This document shows positions 7,866 through 18,145 of a stretch of 61,062 bases of DNA, piece by piece (position 1 is the first letter of the stretch; every line of letters begins with the position of its first letter). The position numbers were made by a program, and so were the translations under genes. Origin of the DNA: an archaeon (lineage in GTDB: Archaea; Nanobdellota; Nanobdellia; Woesearchaeales; UBA9642). A model generated the notes under the pieces. It was not told where the DNA came from. It saw only the letters and a program-made list of their open reading frames with translations, and did not search any database. The stretch spans positions 1 to 61,062 of the forward strand of contig JAZDHK010000013.1 in NCBI GenBank assembly GCA_043806035.1. The letters run 5' to 3'.

Positions 7866-8492
7866 GTGATGGACTTTATCGGTAAAATAGGTGCGTTCAA
7901 CGTACGAATGCTTCTCCCCAAAGACATCCCTGCAGCACAGCAGGAGCACATCGTACGGCAGTTGAATGACATCAGCACGGACGCCTTCAACAAGTACACA
8001 CCTCTAGACGAGACCCGGGAACGGACGATGGGTGTAGACAGGATATATCTCATCGAAAAAGGCACTGACGTTCTCGGCTACGCGACAAACCACCGCATGA
8101 AGCTTGCAGGAGAGAACGTGAATTATTTCAGCAGCGCACTTTTCACGAGAGCATTGCAGGGCAAGCGCATCTACAAACAGCTCAACAAGCTGAGGCTACA
8201 GCACCTGCCAAGCGACATCATCATGACCCGAACACAAAATCCAATCGTGGTGCATGCCTTCAGGAAATTATGCGAAGAAACGGGCAGGGACTGTTTCCCA
8301 AACGGCAAGCTCGACCAGCATGCCCTGCACATCGCTCACGCATACGCTGACTGCAGCGACGAGATGATCTGCAAGGGCGTCTATGGCCGGCAGCTCATGG
8401 ACAATACACCCGCGCCCGGCCGTGAAGAAAGAGCACTCTTCTCCACGCTCGACATTGAGCAAGGTGATGCCGTCATCCTCATTGGAAAATAA
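7866..8492 (+). CDS. GNAT-like acetyltransferase
   Basis: LQGKRIY acetyl-CoA-loop-like motif and RTQNP motif. Confidence 0.6.
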   Translation: MMDFIGKIGAFNVRMLLPKDIPAAQQEHIVRQLNDISTDAFNKYTPLDETRERTMGVDRIYLIEKGTDVLGYATNHRMKLAGENVNYFSSALFTRALQGKRIYKQLNKLRLQHLPSDIIMTRTQNPIVVHAFRKLCEETGRDCFPNGKLDQHALHIAHAYADCSDEMICKGVYGRQLMDNTPAPGREERALFSTLDIEQGDAVILIGK

Positions 8493-8538
8493 CCTTTTTT
8501 TCATAATTTTTATAAACAACCCAACCGAGCACAAGTGC

Positions 8539-9603
8539 GTGGACGAACTCACGAGACTGACGGCAAAACTCATCACGTTCAAAACCGTGAAAGAACATCC
8601 GGAAGAGCTGCAGCGCTGCACGGAATTCATAGCCAGATACTTCAAGAACAAGCACGTCAGGAAATTCATGCATAACGGCAAGCCGAGCCTGTTCATAACG
8701 AACAGAAAGACAAAAAGGCCAAAAATCCTGCTCAACGGTCACATCGACGTGGTGGAAGGCGAACCTGAACAATTCCTGCCAAGAATAAAAGCAGGCAGGC
8801 TCTATGGCAGAGGCGCCGTAGACATGAAAGCGGGCGTCGCTGCCTGCATGCTCGCCATGCAGCACAGCACAGGAGATGTGGGATTGATGATCGTTGCCGA
8901 TGAAGAAATAGGTGGCATGGACGGCACGGGCTTTCTCATCAAGAAAGGATACGGAGGAAGGTTCGTGATCGGCGCCGAGCCCAATCAGGCAAAGCAGCCA
9001 GGACAGCTTGACATCACGATTGCTCACAAAGGCGTCCTCTGGATAAAGGTCATTGCGCACGGCAAGGCCTGCCACGGCAGCAGGCCCTGGCTCGGCAAGA
9101 ATGCTGCAGAGAAACTCATTGCTGCATACGCTGCCATAAAAAAAGCGTTCCCCGAAACCACTCCTCAGGACAGGTGGAAGAACACCCTCAATCTGGGATC
9201 CATCCATGCAGGAAACTCACCAAACAGAGTTCCCGACCGTGCAGAGATGACGCTCGACATTCGATTCACCGAGAACAATACGCCGCAGAAGCTCCTCTCT
9301 CGCCTACGTAAACTGACGGATTGCAAGATAGAGACCATCGAGGCAAGCCCTCTCCTCAAGAACAAGAATAATCGGATGATAAAAAAATTGCAGAAGACCA
9401 TCATGGCAACAACAAAAAAACCTTGCCTTCTCCTGAAAGAGCACGGCTCGTCAGACCTCAGATACACCTCAGAAAAAGGCATGACCTCCGTCATCTTCGG
9501 CCCGAGAGGGGCGAACTATCACGGCAAGGACGAATATGTTGAAGTACGCAGCCTCGCCACATACTACGCTGCGCTCATGCGATTCCTCAACGAAGAATCG
9601 TGA
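8539..9603 (+). CDS. M20 family metallopeptidase/deacylase (DapE/ArgE-like)
   Basis: NGHIDVV, GRGAVDMK, DEEIGG, HGSRPW, H..DE motifs; GTG start ~23 nt after TATA. Confidence 0.9.
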   Translation: MDELTRLTAKLITFKTVKEHPEELQRCTEFIARYFKNKHVRKFMHNGKPSLFITNRKTKRPKILLNGHIDVVEGEPEQFLPRIKAGRLYGRGAVDMKAGVAACMLAMQHSTGDVGLMIVADEEIGGMDGTGFLIKKGYGGRFVIGAEPNQAKQPGQLDITIAHKGVLWIKVIAHGKACHGSRPWLGKNAAEKLIAAYAAIKKAFPETTPQDRWKNTLNLGSIHAGNSPNRVPDRAEMTLDIRFTENNTPQKLLSRLRKLTDCKIETIEASPLLKNKNNRMIKKLQKTIMATTKKPCLLLKEHGSSDLRYTSEKGMTSVIFGPRGANYHGKDEYVEVRSLATYYAALMRFLNEES

Positions 9604-9613
9604 ATTCTTTGTT

Positions 9614-9829
9614 CTACAAGTATTGACGTGCTGCGAACAATGTAGAGACGAGATCGGCAAGGCCCACACCCACCATGATCTCTCCGATGATGAAAGAATC
9701 GGACTGCTGTCCTGTATACATGAGCAATCCCCCGCCAACAATGGCAGCAGTGTCTAGTGCATAATGCATGCAACGATAATGGTCGTACACCCAGTCACGC
9801 ATGTTGTTTCGAATACCTTGATAGTTCAT
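9614..9829 (-). CDS. small membrane hypothetical protein
   Basis: 71 aa, two hydrophobic segments, directly downstream of 9834..10601. Confidence 0.5.
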   Translation of the reverse strand: MNYQGIRNNMRDWVYDHYRCMHYALDTAAIVGGGLLMYTGQQSDSFIIGEIMVGVGLADLVSTLFAARQYL

Positions 9830-9833
9830 GATA

Positions 9834-10601
9834 TCACTTATTCAACATCCATTTTACGTACGCATAGAGAAGCAATGCCCATTCGATCATGCGCATATTT
9901 CCCTCATACGCACGACGGATGCCTTGCTGTATGCTCAGCACGTCATTGGTTATCTTCTCAACAGGTTGCAATTCATGAACGGGAATCCTTCCCTTAATAA
10001 TGTTGAACGTCTGCTTGCTCAAGTGTTCCTGCAATGTCACGTGAAAGAGGAATCCTGTGCTGAGCGATTCGTGCAAGTCCCCTATCCTGTTGAGTGGCCC
10101 CTCGTGGATGATGTCCTGGTAGTTGAAACTGAACTCCTCGTGTCGCAGGAGTTTTTGGAAGATACCATTCAGGCGAAGGTCGAGCTCTTTCTTTTCTCCC
10201 TCCGTCCTTGCCGCAGGAATGCCGTTCAGTATGGTTGCAGCCTCTTTGTTGAATCCGTCCTGCCACTGCGCTATCTCTTCTGCAAAGACGAGATTGTTCG
10301 TGAGCGGCCGTGGAAGCTCATCCAGCATGGCAAGCGCTCGCTGCAAGTTTATGGCCTCATATGTCGGGCTGTTCAAGGCGATGAGCGTGCGTACGTCCTG
10401 CATGACGGGGCCGAGCATTTTCAGAGCATTCGCCATCATCTCCCTATCTGAAGCGCTTACAAAATACGGTGCGAACTGCCGCCAGAGCTGCTCTTCACTG
10501 AAGGGAGGGGGCGTCTTTTGCTTCAACTCCCTGATGAGCGGCGTCGCCTCGATGTCTGCAGAACGGACGTTGAAATCTTTGAGCGTATGAATGTAGAGCA
10601 T
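9834..10601 (-). CDS. helical hypothetical protein
   Basis: 255-aa ORF, ATG ~25 nt after TATA-like element. Confidence 0.7.
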   Translation of the reverse strand: MLYIHTLKDFNVRSADIEATPLIRELKQKTPPPFSEEQLWRQFAPYFVSASDREMMANALKMLGPVMQDVRTLIALNSPTYEAINLQRALAMLDELPRPLTNNLVFAEEIAQWQDGFNKEAATILNGIPAARTEGEKKELDLRLNGIFQKLLRHEEFSFNYQDIIHEGPLNRIGDLHESLSTGFLFHVTLQEHLSKQTFNIIKGRIPVHELQPVEKITNDVLSIQQGIRRAYEGNMRMIEWALLLYAYVKWMLNK

Positions 10602-10638
10602 ACCTGTGTTACGGACATTCCCAGTATAAATACTTTTC

Positions 10639-11322
10639 TCATTGGCGAGTGGCACGGATTCGCGCACAAGGCAAAAGCTGCAAGAGATCAATGGCTCTTC
10701 GAGGGTTTCCCCTTCCTATGGGAAAATAGCAAGGGATTATTTTTGTTGCGTGACCCGCGATGGTTACGGAAAACTGCTGCAACGATGCTGTGCGCAGTGC
10801 AGCAACGTGATACTCAGCAAGTTTTATCTTTTGCTTTGCTAACCATTCGAAAGGAATGAGGCCGAATGTCACGATGTGCACAGGCTTGACAATGCTAATT
10901 TCTTTTTCAAGTATGGGCAGAAACATCTTTATTTTTTGCGCGTCGGGAAGCGCAGCATCATGCCCTGTCCATTTCACGATGTTGGTGAAGTAGAACCCTT
11001 TTCTTCTGAGAAAGGCAAGCACGTCCTCTGCAAGACCAACGGACCAGTACGTACTCTGCTCAATTCGTGCAAGGAGCCGTTCATCAAAAAGTCCCGCCCT
11101 GCTGAAGATTCTCCATATGTGTTTCGTGCCGAGGAACGGATATCGGGGGCCTTGCCAATTCTTGTCCGAACTGATATTTCTTACTGTTGGGTTGATGAAG
11201 ACGAACATGCATTTCGGCTTGTGCGTTTGTCCGTTGCCGATGATAGGGACGAGTTCGTGATCAGGATAGTTGCTCGCATGCACTCTTTCCAGCTCTTTCC
11301 AGAGCGCATCAAGTTGTTCCAT
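10639..11322 (-). CDS. uracil-DNA glycosylase superfamily protein (divergent)
   Basis: G.G....K.MFVF, PFLG, YFTNIVK, L..EI.IVKP..IVTFG pattern. Confidence 0.75.
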   Translation of the reverse strand: MEQLDALWKELERVHASNYPDHELVPIIGNGQTHKPKCMFVFINPTVRNISSDKNWQGPRYPFLGTKHIWRIFSRAGLFDERLLARIEQSTYWSVGLAEDVLAFLRRKGFYFTNIVKWTGHDAALPDAQKIKMFLPILEKEISIVKPVHIVTFGLIPFEWLAKQKIKLAEYHVAALRTASLQQFSVTIAGHATKIIPCYFPIGRGNPRRAIDLLQLLPCARIRATRQ

Positions 11323-11349
11323 CAGACCCTCGCATGTTGCTGCTGTAGT

Positions 11350-11622
11350 TCATTTCCGTAATCTCTTCTGCTCAATACAGGAGTAGACGGGGTAGAAGAT
11401 GATGTAGAAGAGCGCGGCAAAGAATGCCGGGCTGAGCAGCAGCAAAGGAACGTCCTGTGCAGTAAATGATGAAGACGCGCACGTGCAATCAGAGCCCTTA
11501 CACAAACAGGGACTTTGTGAGACGAGAAGCAGCTCGATCAGGAAAAGCACGACAAAAATAGCAGCTGCTAGGCTGAGTCCCCAGGTGAGTTTTTTCTTGT
11601 TCGGCTTAAGACAGGACAGCAT
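11350..11622 (-). CDS. small Cys-containing membrane protein
   Basis: LKPNKKK N-terminus, two TM helices flanking a Cys-rich loop. Confidence 0.6.
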   Translation of the reverse strand: MLSCLKPNKKKLTWGLSLAAAIFVVLFLIELLLVSQSPCLCKGSDCTCASSSFTAQDVPLLLLSPAFFAALFYIIFYPVYSCIEQKRLRK

Positions 11623-11626
11623 AGTA

Positions 11627-12454
11627 TCATCCTCCAAATGTCTTTTGCAGCAGCACTGCATCTCCCTCTATGTTGGGGCTTTCGCAGATGACGCACCCTC
11701 GCACATTGAATGACTTCAACGTGAGAAGCAGGTCTGTGTAGTTGAAGTCTGACTCTTTGAGCAGGAGATGGTTCTTCTCTCCTTTCTCGCCGTAATTGAT
11801 TCCTGATATGTGGATGTGCATGTTCTGCAATCCTTCCTTGCCCAGCGTCTTTTCCACTTGTCCGAGCAGCGCTGAGAATTCCTGTTTCGTGTTGTTCCTG
11901 CCGTTGTATCGTGCGTGCAGGTGCGAGAAGTCGATGCAGGGCATGACGTGTTCCACATCCCGAGACAAGTTCAGGATTTCCTGCAAGTCTCCCCATTGCG
12001 TTTCTTTACCTGTCGTCTCCGGCCTGACCCACACGTTGTTTCCTTCATCGTGCAATGTCTTCGTGATGAGCTGCATGTTTTTCTTGATGGTGTCATACAC
12101 GACAGGTTTGTCCATACCAAGATAGAATCCTGCATGAAATGTTAAGGAATAGCCACCGCATAAGTGCAGGATACGCGCTGCATTCAGGACGCGTTGGATG
12201 GACGCATGCATTTTCTCCTTTTCCTGCGCATTCAAGTTGATATAGTACTGGCCGTGTGCAGTCAAGATTATGTCGTTGTCCTGCGCTGTTTTCTTGACAG
12301 CGGGAGCGAGTTCTTTTGAGACGTTCACGGAATGGACGAATTCAAGCTCCATGCAGTCCAGCCCGAGCTCGCGAACTCGCGCTATGCCCGTCAGAGTTGA
12401 TGGCTTTTGTGTCGAGAGCGGAATGCCCGCTGTGCCGAAGCGCAGGATGTCCAT
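11627..12454 (-). CDS. nfo: endonuclease IV family (AP endonuclease, TIM barrel)
   Basis: FGTAGIP, ELEFV, HGQYYINL, PETTGK, DFSHLHAR, HIHISGI, ESP. Confidence 0.88.
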   Translation of the reverse strand: MDILRFGTAGIPLSTQKPSTLTGIARVRELGLDCMELEFVHSVNVSKELAPAVKKTAQDNDIILTAHGQYYINLNAQEKEKMHASIQRVLNAARILHLCGGYSLTFHAGFYLGMDKPVVYDTIKKNMQLITKTLHDEGNNVWVRPETTGKETQWGDLQEILNLSRDVEHVMPCIDFSHLHARYNGRNNTKQEFSALLGQVEKTLGKEGLQNMHIHISGINYGEKGEKNHLLLKESDFNYTDLLLTLKSFNVRGCVICESPNIEGDAVLLQKTFGG

Positions 12455-12524
12455 GTTCCTTCCAATAATGCAAAGTATAAGTATTTTGCGAAAAAACTGC
12501 TCAGCGTTGCACATGAGCAAGAAT

Positions 12525-12836
12525 TCAGTCATCGATCATTTCAATCTCAATATTGAGCCCTTCAGGGATGTGCACCTTCATGACCAATCGCAAGGCGCGT
12601 TCGTCCGTCGCGATATCGATGAGGCGTTTGTGCACCCGCATCTCGTAGCGCTCCCAGGTCGCCGTGCCATTGCCGCACGGGCTCTTTCTCGTAGTAACGC
12701 GTAATTTCTTTGTAGGAAGAGGTATGGGGCCGCGCATGACCACACCGGTCTTTTCTGCGATGTCCTTGATGTACGAACACGTCGCATTCAGCTTGTCGAT
12801 ATCGGTGCTTGCTAACTTTATGCGTGCTTTCTGCAT
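12525..12836 (-). CDS. rps10: 30S ribosomal protein S10 (uS10)
   Basis: [26 protein letters not shown]. Confidence 0.97.
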   Translation of the reverse strand: MQKARIKLASTDIDKLNATCSYIKDIAEKTGVVMRGPIPLPTKKLRVTTRKSPCGNGTATWERYEMRVHKRLIDIATDERALRLVMKVHIPEGLNIEIEMIDD

Positions 12837-12903
12837 CGTGCGTGCCTCATGAATAACTATCCATTAATCATGACGTGAATCATGAAAAAAAATATTACAA
12901 TAA

Positions 12904-14196
12904 TTACATAGGTTTCTTGACGACGTCAATGCACATGCCTGCTGCCACGGTCGCGCCAGAATCTCTGACGGCAAACCTTGCCAGCTGCGGGATGGTCTTT
13001 TGCGTCTCGATAACCAGAGGCTGTACAGGCTTGAGCTTCACGATGGCAGCGTCGCCATTCTTGATGAAGTCAGGGTTCTCCTGCAGCACTTCACCCGTTG
13101 CCGGGTTGAGTTTCTTCTGGATTTCGGTAATTTGACAGGCCACCTGTGCCGTGTGCACGTGGAAGACCGGCGTGTAACCGACCGTTATGACGCTAGGGTG
13201 GTTGAGTACGACAATCTGTGCAGTGAATTCTGTTGCCACTGTTGGGACGTTGTCACTAGGCCCGATGACATCGCCTCTTGCCACGTCCTTCTTGCCGAAG
13301 CCTCTGATGGATATGCCCACATTGTCGCCAGGTCCTGCCTGCTGCATGGACTCGTGGTGCATCTCGATGCTCTTGCACTCGCCAGGGACGCCCTTGCCCT
13401 CTCTGCCGGGAACGGCCATGACCTTGTCGTTGACCTTGAGTATTCCCGTCTCGATCCTGCCTACAGGGACAACGCCTATGCCGGTGATGTTGTACACATC
13501 CTGGATAGGCAAGCGAAGAGGTAGCTGCGTTGGCTTGTCGGGAATCTTGAGCTGGTTCATTGCTTCGAGCAGTGTCGGGCCTTTGTACCAGGGCATGTTC
13601 TCTGTCTTCTTGGCGACGTTGTCACCAGGGAAGCTTGCGATTGCCACGAAAGGAATCTGGTCAGGCTTGTATCCTACTGTTTTGAGCAGTGCAGATACTT
13701 GTTCCTTGACTTCGTTAAATCTCTGCTCAGCATACTTTGCCATGTCCATCTTATTAACCGCTATGATGACCTGCTGCACGCCCAACGTCCGGGCAAGGAA
13801 CACGTGTTCTTTTGTCTGTGCTTGCACGCCATCGCCAGGGTTTGCGGAAACGACAAGGACTGCGGCATCCGCCTGCGATGCTCCCGTGATCATGTTCTTG
13901 ATGAAGTCTCTGTGTCCTGGCGCGTCGATGATGGTAAAGTAGTACTTCTCTGACTCGAAGCGCTTGTGGGCAAGGTCGATAGTGACGCCTCGTTCCTGCT
14001 CTTCCTTGAGGTTGTCCATGACGAAGGCGAATTCGAAGCCGGCCTTGCCTAGCTCCTTTGCCTTGTCCTTGAGCTTCTTCATGTCTTGTTCAGAGACCGT
14101 CCCTGTGTCGAAGAGCAGCCTGCCGACGGTTGTTGACTTGCCGTGATCGACGTGACCGATGAATACCAAGTTGATGTGTTCTTTTGCCTGTGCCAT
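12904..14196 (-). CDS. tuf: translation elongation factor EF-1 alpha
   Basis: [21 protein letters not shown]; archaeal-type sequence. Confidence 0.98.
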   Translation of the reverse strand: MAQAKEHINLVFIGHVDHGKSTTVGRLLFDTGTVSEQDMKKLKDKAKELGKAGFEFAFVMDNLKEEQERGVTIDLAHKRFESEKYYFTIIDAPGHRDFIKNMITGASQADAAVLVVSANPGDGVQAQTKEHVFLARTLGVQQVIIAVNKMDMAKYAEQRFNEVKEQVSALLKTVGYKPDQIPFVAIASFPGDNVAKKTENMPWYKGPTLLEAMNQLKIPDKPTQLPLRLPIQDVYNITGIGVVPVGRIETGILKVNDKVMAVPGREGKGVPGECKSIEMHHESMQQAGPGDNVGISIRGFGKKDVARGDVIGPSDNVPTVATEFTAQIVVLNHPSVITVGYTPVFHVHTAQVACQITEIQKKLNPATGEVLQENPDFIKNGDAAIVKLKPVQPLVIETQKTIPQLARFAVRDSGATVAAGMCIDVVKKPM

Positions 14197-14335
14197 ACTT
14201 TACCTCCATATCCCCCTTTTCTCATTTCGCATAAGGAAAATATGCGTGAGAAACTGCGGGGTATTTATAAAGTTATCTTTTCTGGACAGGGAGTGAAAAA
14301 AAAGAAAAAAACCAATAAAACCAATAAATAGGCAG

Positions 14336-16522
14336 TTATTCTGCCGTCTCTTCCTCGACGTCCTTCATGCCCTTGCGCTGCCTGATTGCCGCAATCGTCT
14401 TGAACTGCAGTTCTTCAGGGAGCCTGTCGAATGTCTGGTCGACGACAGAGAACGTACCTCGTCCTTCCGTTGCCGAACGCAATTCCGATGACAGCCCGAA
14501 CATCTCACCGACGGGCAGCTTTGCTTTAACACTAATGTGGACGCCTTCTTGGTTCATCTCGAGCAGCTGCCCTCGCTTCGAGGAGACGAGCTTTGATATT
14601 TCTCCCATGAACTCGACGGGGGCTTCCATGAGCAACGTCTGGATTGGTTCGAAGAGCATGGCGCCTGCTGATCGCATGGCCAGCCTGATACTGTCACGCA
14701 CGGCAGGATAGACCTGTGCTGGACCTCTATGGATTGCATCTTCGTGTAGCTTCACGTCATCCAACGTTATCTTGATGCCGATGCACGGATCGTTGGCGAG
14801 CGGTCCTTTGCGCATGACCTCCTCGAACATGTCGAGGATGAGCTCGATGACTTCCTGCATGTGCACTTCTCCTCTCGTTCCATCGACGAAGATGTTGCCG
14901 TTGTACACGTCACGGACTTTCCTGCTTTCCTTGGAGTCCATGCCTGCTGCCTCGAGCACTTCCCACATCTCCTTGACGTCCTTCTTCTTGACTCTGCCTT
15001 CAGGGATCTTGCCTTCCTTGATAGCTTGCTTCAACTCTGGCGTGAGCGGCTCCGCGATGAAGTAGAACCGGTTGTGCTTGTTCGGAGACTTTCCTTCAGC
15101 AGCGATAGGTGTCTTCCTGTTCACCGTCTCTCTATAGACGACGATGGGAGGGCTGGTCTGGATGTCGACGCCTTTCTCTGTTTTTATCCTGTTCTCGATG
15201 ATCTCAAGATGCAGCTCTCCCATGCCGTGCATGAGGTGCTCTCCTGTCTCCTGGTTAATCTCGATCTGCACGGAAGGGTCTTCCTTGCCCACCTGGATGA
15301 GCACTTCGATGAGTTTAGGCAAGTCAGAAGGCCGTTTCGCCTCGATGGCCTTCGTGATGACGGGTTCGAAGATGTGTCTGATAGGATCGAATGCTTCCTG
15401 CTCGCCTATGGTCACGGTTTCTCCAGGATACGCTCCTCGCAATCCGCCAACGCCGATGATATTCCCGCAAGGGACGTCATCGACAATCTCTCGCTTCGCA
15501 CCGTTGTAGATGTAGATCTGCTGGACGCGCACATCAGCCTTCGCAATGTTCAGGCGGACCGCGTCTCCCTTATGCAACGTGCCTGAGAACAGCCTTCCTG
15601 CGGCGATCTCTCCTGCCTGCGGATCAATAACAACCTTCACGATGACGAATGCAGGGACGCCTGCCGGATTGCAGCTTTTCAGATCCTTGCCGAATTGGCT
15701 CTCCACATCGCCGTGCCAGATCTTCGGGATGCGATACTGTTGCGCTTTCAAGGGAGACGGGTGGTGTTTGATGACACTCGTGAGGATGACCTCGTGCAAA
15801 GGGGCGAGCTTCTTGAGCTCCTTCCACGTATCATTCTGGTAGGCATCGATGATCTGCTTGAACGTTATGTTTTTCTTCTTCATGTAGTCGATGGACAATG
15901 CCCAGTTGTGAAATGCCGAGCCGAAGCAGACAGAACCGTCCTGCACGTTCACTTGCCACTTCTCACCAAGACCAGGTTCTGCGATGTCCATGATGAGCTT
16001 GTTGACGTGCGTGATGATCTTGATGAACTGCTGCTGCATCGCTTCAGGAGTCAGCTGGACTTCCTTGATGAGCCTATCCACTTTGTTGATGAACAATATG
16101 GGTTTCACCCGCTCGCGCAATGCCTGCTTGAGCACGGTTTCCGTCTGCGGCATGATGCCTTCGACGGCACAGCACAAAACGATCGCTCCGTCGACTGCGC
16201 GCATGGCCCTTGTCACGTCTCCTCCGAAGTCGACGTGCCCTGGCGTGTCTATCAGGTTGATGAGATATTCCTGGCCTTCATGCTCTTGGACCATACTCAC
16301 GGATGATGCATCGATGGTTATGCCTCGTGCCTGTTCGTCGTCGTGAAAGTCGAGCTGCAGCGCCTTTCCTGCCAGCTCCTCAGACATCATGCCGGCTCCT
16401 GACAAGAGGTTGTCAGAGAACGTCGTCTTGCCGTGATCGATGTGCGCACAGGTCGCAATGTTCCGAATGCTCTCTGGTTTGCCCATGATGCGGACAACCT
16501 TCTCAACCATTTTTTCTCCCAT
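14336..16522 (-). CDS. fusA: translation elongation factor EF-2
   Basis: AHIDHGKTT, DTPGHVDF, HEDAIHRGPAQ diphthamide loop. Confidence 0.98.
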   Translation of the reverse strand: MGEKMVEKVVRIMGKPESIRNIATCAHIDHGKTTFSDNLLSGAGMMSEELAGKALQLDFHDDEQARGITIDASSVSMVQEHEGQEYLINLIDTPGHVDFGGDVTRAMRAVDGAIVLCCAVEGIMPQTETVLKQALRERVKPILFINKVDRLIKEVQLTPEAMQQQFIKIITHVNKLIMDIAEPGLGEKWQVNVQDGSVCFGSAFHNWALSIDYMKKKNITFKQIIDAYQNDTWKELKKLAPLHEVILTSVIKHHPSPLKAQQYRIPKIWHGDVESQFGKDLKSCNPAGVPAFVIVKVVIDPQAGEIAAGRLFSGTLHKGDAVRLNIAKADVRVQQIYIYNGAKREIVDDVPCGNIIGVGGLRGAYPGETVTIGEQEAFDPIRHIFEPVITKAIEAKRPSDLPKLIEVLIQVGKEDPSVQIEINQETGEHLMHGMGELHLEIIENRIKTEKGVDIQTSPPIVVYRETVNRKTPIAAEGKSPNKHNRFYFIAEPLTPELKQAIKEGKIPEGRVKKKDVKEMWEVLEAAGMDSKESRKVRDVYNGNIFVDGTRGEVHMQEVIELILDMFEEVMRKGPLANDPCIGIKITLDDVKLHEDAIHRGPAQVYPAVRDSIRLAMRSAGAMLFEPIQTLLMEAPVEFMGEISKLVSSKRGQLLEMNQEGVHISVKAKLPVGEMFGLSSELRSATEGRGTFSVVDQTFDRLPEELQFKTIAAIRQRKGMKDVEEETAE

Positions 16523-16553
16523 ACTTTCACCAATTACTCTTAATCATGTATAT

Positions 16554-17042
16554 TCATCTGACGTGCAAGTCGTGCACGGTCTTGTAGTCGTGCAGTTCTT
16601 TTGCCGTGAACCACAAGGGGATCTCGTATTCTGCATCCTTGCTGTTCCCTGATGCATGGATCAGGTTGCTCACGCGCTTGTTCTGTGCGTTCGCATAGTC
16701 TTTGCTGATGTGCCCGAAGTCACCCCTAATCGTTCCTGGCGGCGCTTCATTGGGATAGGTGCTGCCGACGATCTTGCGAACGACCTCGACGGCATTGATC
16801 CCTTCAAGACAAATAGCAACAATGGGTCCTGACATCAGATACTCGACCATGCTTTTCAGGACGCGCTCGCCATGCCGCTCGCCTAGATCGAAATAATGTT
16901 TCTTGCCGAACTCCTGATCGACCCAGATCATCTTCATGCCAATAGTCTTGAGTCCCGCATCCTCGAAACGTTGGATAATCCTGCCCATGAGCATTCTCTC
17001 GACAGCATCAGGCTTCAGAAGAACGAGCGTTTTCTGAATCAT
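16554..17042 (-). CDS. ndk: nucleoside-diphosphate kinase
   Basis: KPDAV, PGTIRGDF, NLIHAS. Confidence 0.96.
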   Translation of the reverse strand: MIQKTLVLLKPDAVERMLMGRIIQRFEDAGLKTIGMKMIWVDQEFGKKHYFDLGERHGERVLKSMVEYLMSGPIVAICLEGINAVEVVRKIVGSTYPNEAPPGTIRGDFGHISKDYANAQNKRVSNLIHASGNSKDAEYEIPLWFTAKELHDYKTVHDLHVR

Positions 17043-17305
17043 GCTTTCTCCTCGGTCTTTTCTGTTGCCTTTTCTGCCTTAGGCGCCTTCTTCCTCAGGG
17101 TCTGCTTCACTTTCCTTCCCTGTCTGACCGCATCCTTGTCCTCGTGATATTGCTTTGTCCATTTGATATTATAGGATTTCCTTCCCAGCTTGAACATGTT
17201 CTTCTCACATTTGTTGCTGCACAAGTAGATGATGCTGCCGTCTTTCTTGACAAACATCTTTCCCGTCCCGGGATCGAGGTCGTGCGAGCAGAAACTGCAT
17301 TTCAT
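17039..17305 (-). CDS. rpl24e: 50S ribosomal protein L24e
   Basis: CSFC..PGTGKMFVKKDG..CSNKC, KWT. Confidence 0.95.
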   Translation of the reverse strand: MKCSFCSHDLDPGTGKMFVKKDGSIIYLCSNKCEKNMFKLGRKSYNIKWTKQYHEDKDAVRQGRKVKQTLRKKAPKAEKATEKTEEKA

Positions 17306-17314
17306 GATCTCACC

Positions 17315-17677
17315 TTACGTGTTCGACCTGCCCATCTTGTTGAGCGGCCGTGCTTCAATTTCCGTTTCTCGCAGCATGAGGATGTCGCCAGGCTGTACAG
17401 GACCCCTGACATTTCTGCGCATGATCTTGTTCTTGTCCCTACCATCGAGGATCTTGCAGGCCACTTGCGTCGCCTCTCCTCTCGTGCCCGTCCTGCCGAT
17501 GACTTCTTCTACTCGTGCGGGAACGGCGAAGGAAAACGTTACGGTTCCCTTCGTCTCGGCTTTGTCTTGCGGTCTTCGGGTGTCTGGCCGCCTGCCTTCC
17601 TGCTTCCCTTCTGACCTGCCTTCGGGCTTGCCTTCCGATTTCGCATTTGGTTTCTTGTCGTCAGCCATCCTGCTCAT
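17315..17677 (-). CDS. rps28e: 30S ribosomal protein S28e with long N-terminal extension
   Basis: [32 protein letters not shown]. Confidence 0.93.
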   Translation of the reverse strand: MSRMADDKKPNAKSEGKPEGRSEGKQEGRRPDTRRPQDKAETKGTVTFSFAVPARVEEVIGRTGTRGEATQVACKILDGRDKNKIMRRNVRGPVQPGDILMLRETEIEARPLNKMGRSNT

Positions 17678-17979
17678 CCTCGAAATTCAGCGATAAGTTC
17701 TTTCGCATCGCCCTCCTGGACGATAGCAACCGCTACGGTTGGCACGGAAAGACCTGCTGCCGCGCCGAGCTCTTCTCTGCTGGGGACTTCCGTGCAGGGA
17801 ATGTTCTTGTCCTTGCAGAGCAGCGGAAGGTGCATGATTATTTCTGGAGGCGTTACGTCCTTTGCGTATACGACCAGTTTTGCAGTCCCTCGCTCGATTG
17901 CCTTCGTGACTTCATTAGCTCCCTTCTTGATCTTGCCGGATTTCCTTGCAAGCTCTATAGCCTCGTATGCATTTGCCAT
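17674..17979 (-). CDS. rpl7ae: 50S ribosomal protein L7Ae
   Basis: [33 protein letters not shown]; GGAGGT SD before ATG 17979. Confidence 0.96.
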   Translation of the reverse strand: MANAYEAIELARKSGKIKKGANEVTKAIERGTAKLVVYAKDVTPPEIIMHLPLLCKDKNIPCTEVPSREELGAAAGLSVPTVAVAIVQEGDAKELIAEFRG

Positions 17980-17996
17980 GGTAAACCTCCGGTGCA

Positions 17997-18056
17997 GAAA
18001 CACCTCGTTCGGCAACCCACTTACGTGAGCGCCTCATCACTCATTGGCTACGTTTC
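17997..18056 (-). promoter_or_regulatory. tandem kink-turn RNA leader of rpl7ae (autoregulatory element)
   Basis: GCC-AAU-GA-GU-GAU-GA-GGC...GCC-GA-AC-GA-GGU closed by GAAAC/GUUUC. Confidence 0.8.
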
Positions 18057-18145
18057 GGAAAAAAGCAGATGTTTATAAATGTTATGGCGGGGAAAAAACT
18101 GCACGCCATCCTCAGTCAAAATCACAGGAAAAGCCCGCTCTATGT

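Noticed and set aside
14296-14330. A-run with AACCAATAA tandem
   Set aside because: Consistent with an ordinary oligo-U archaeal terminator after EF-2
14700-14760. Non-canonical EF-2 lacking the diphthamide site
   Set aside because: HEDAIHRGPAQ is the canonical archaeal motif
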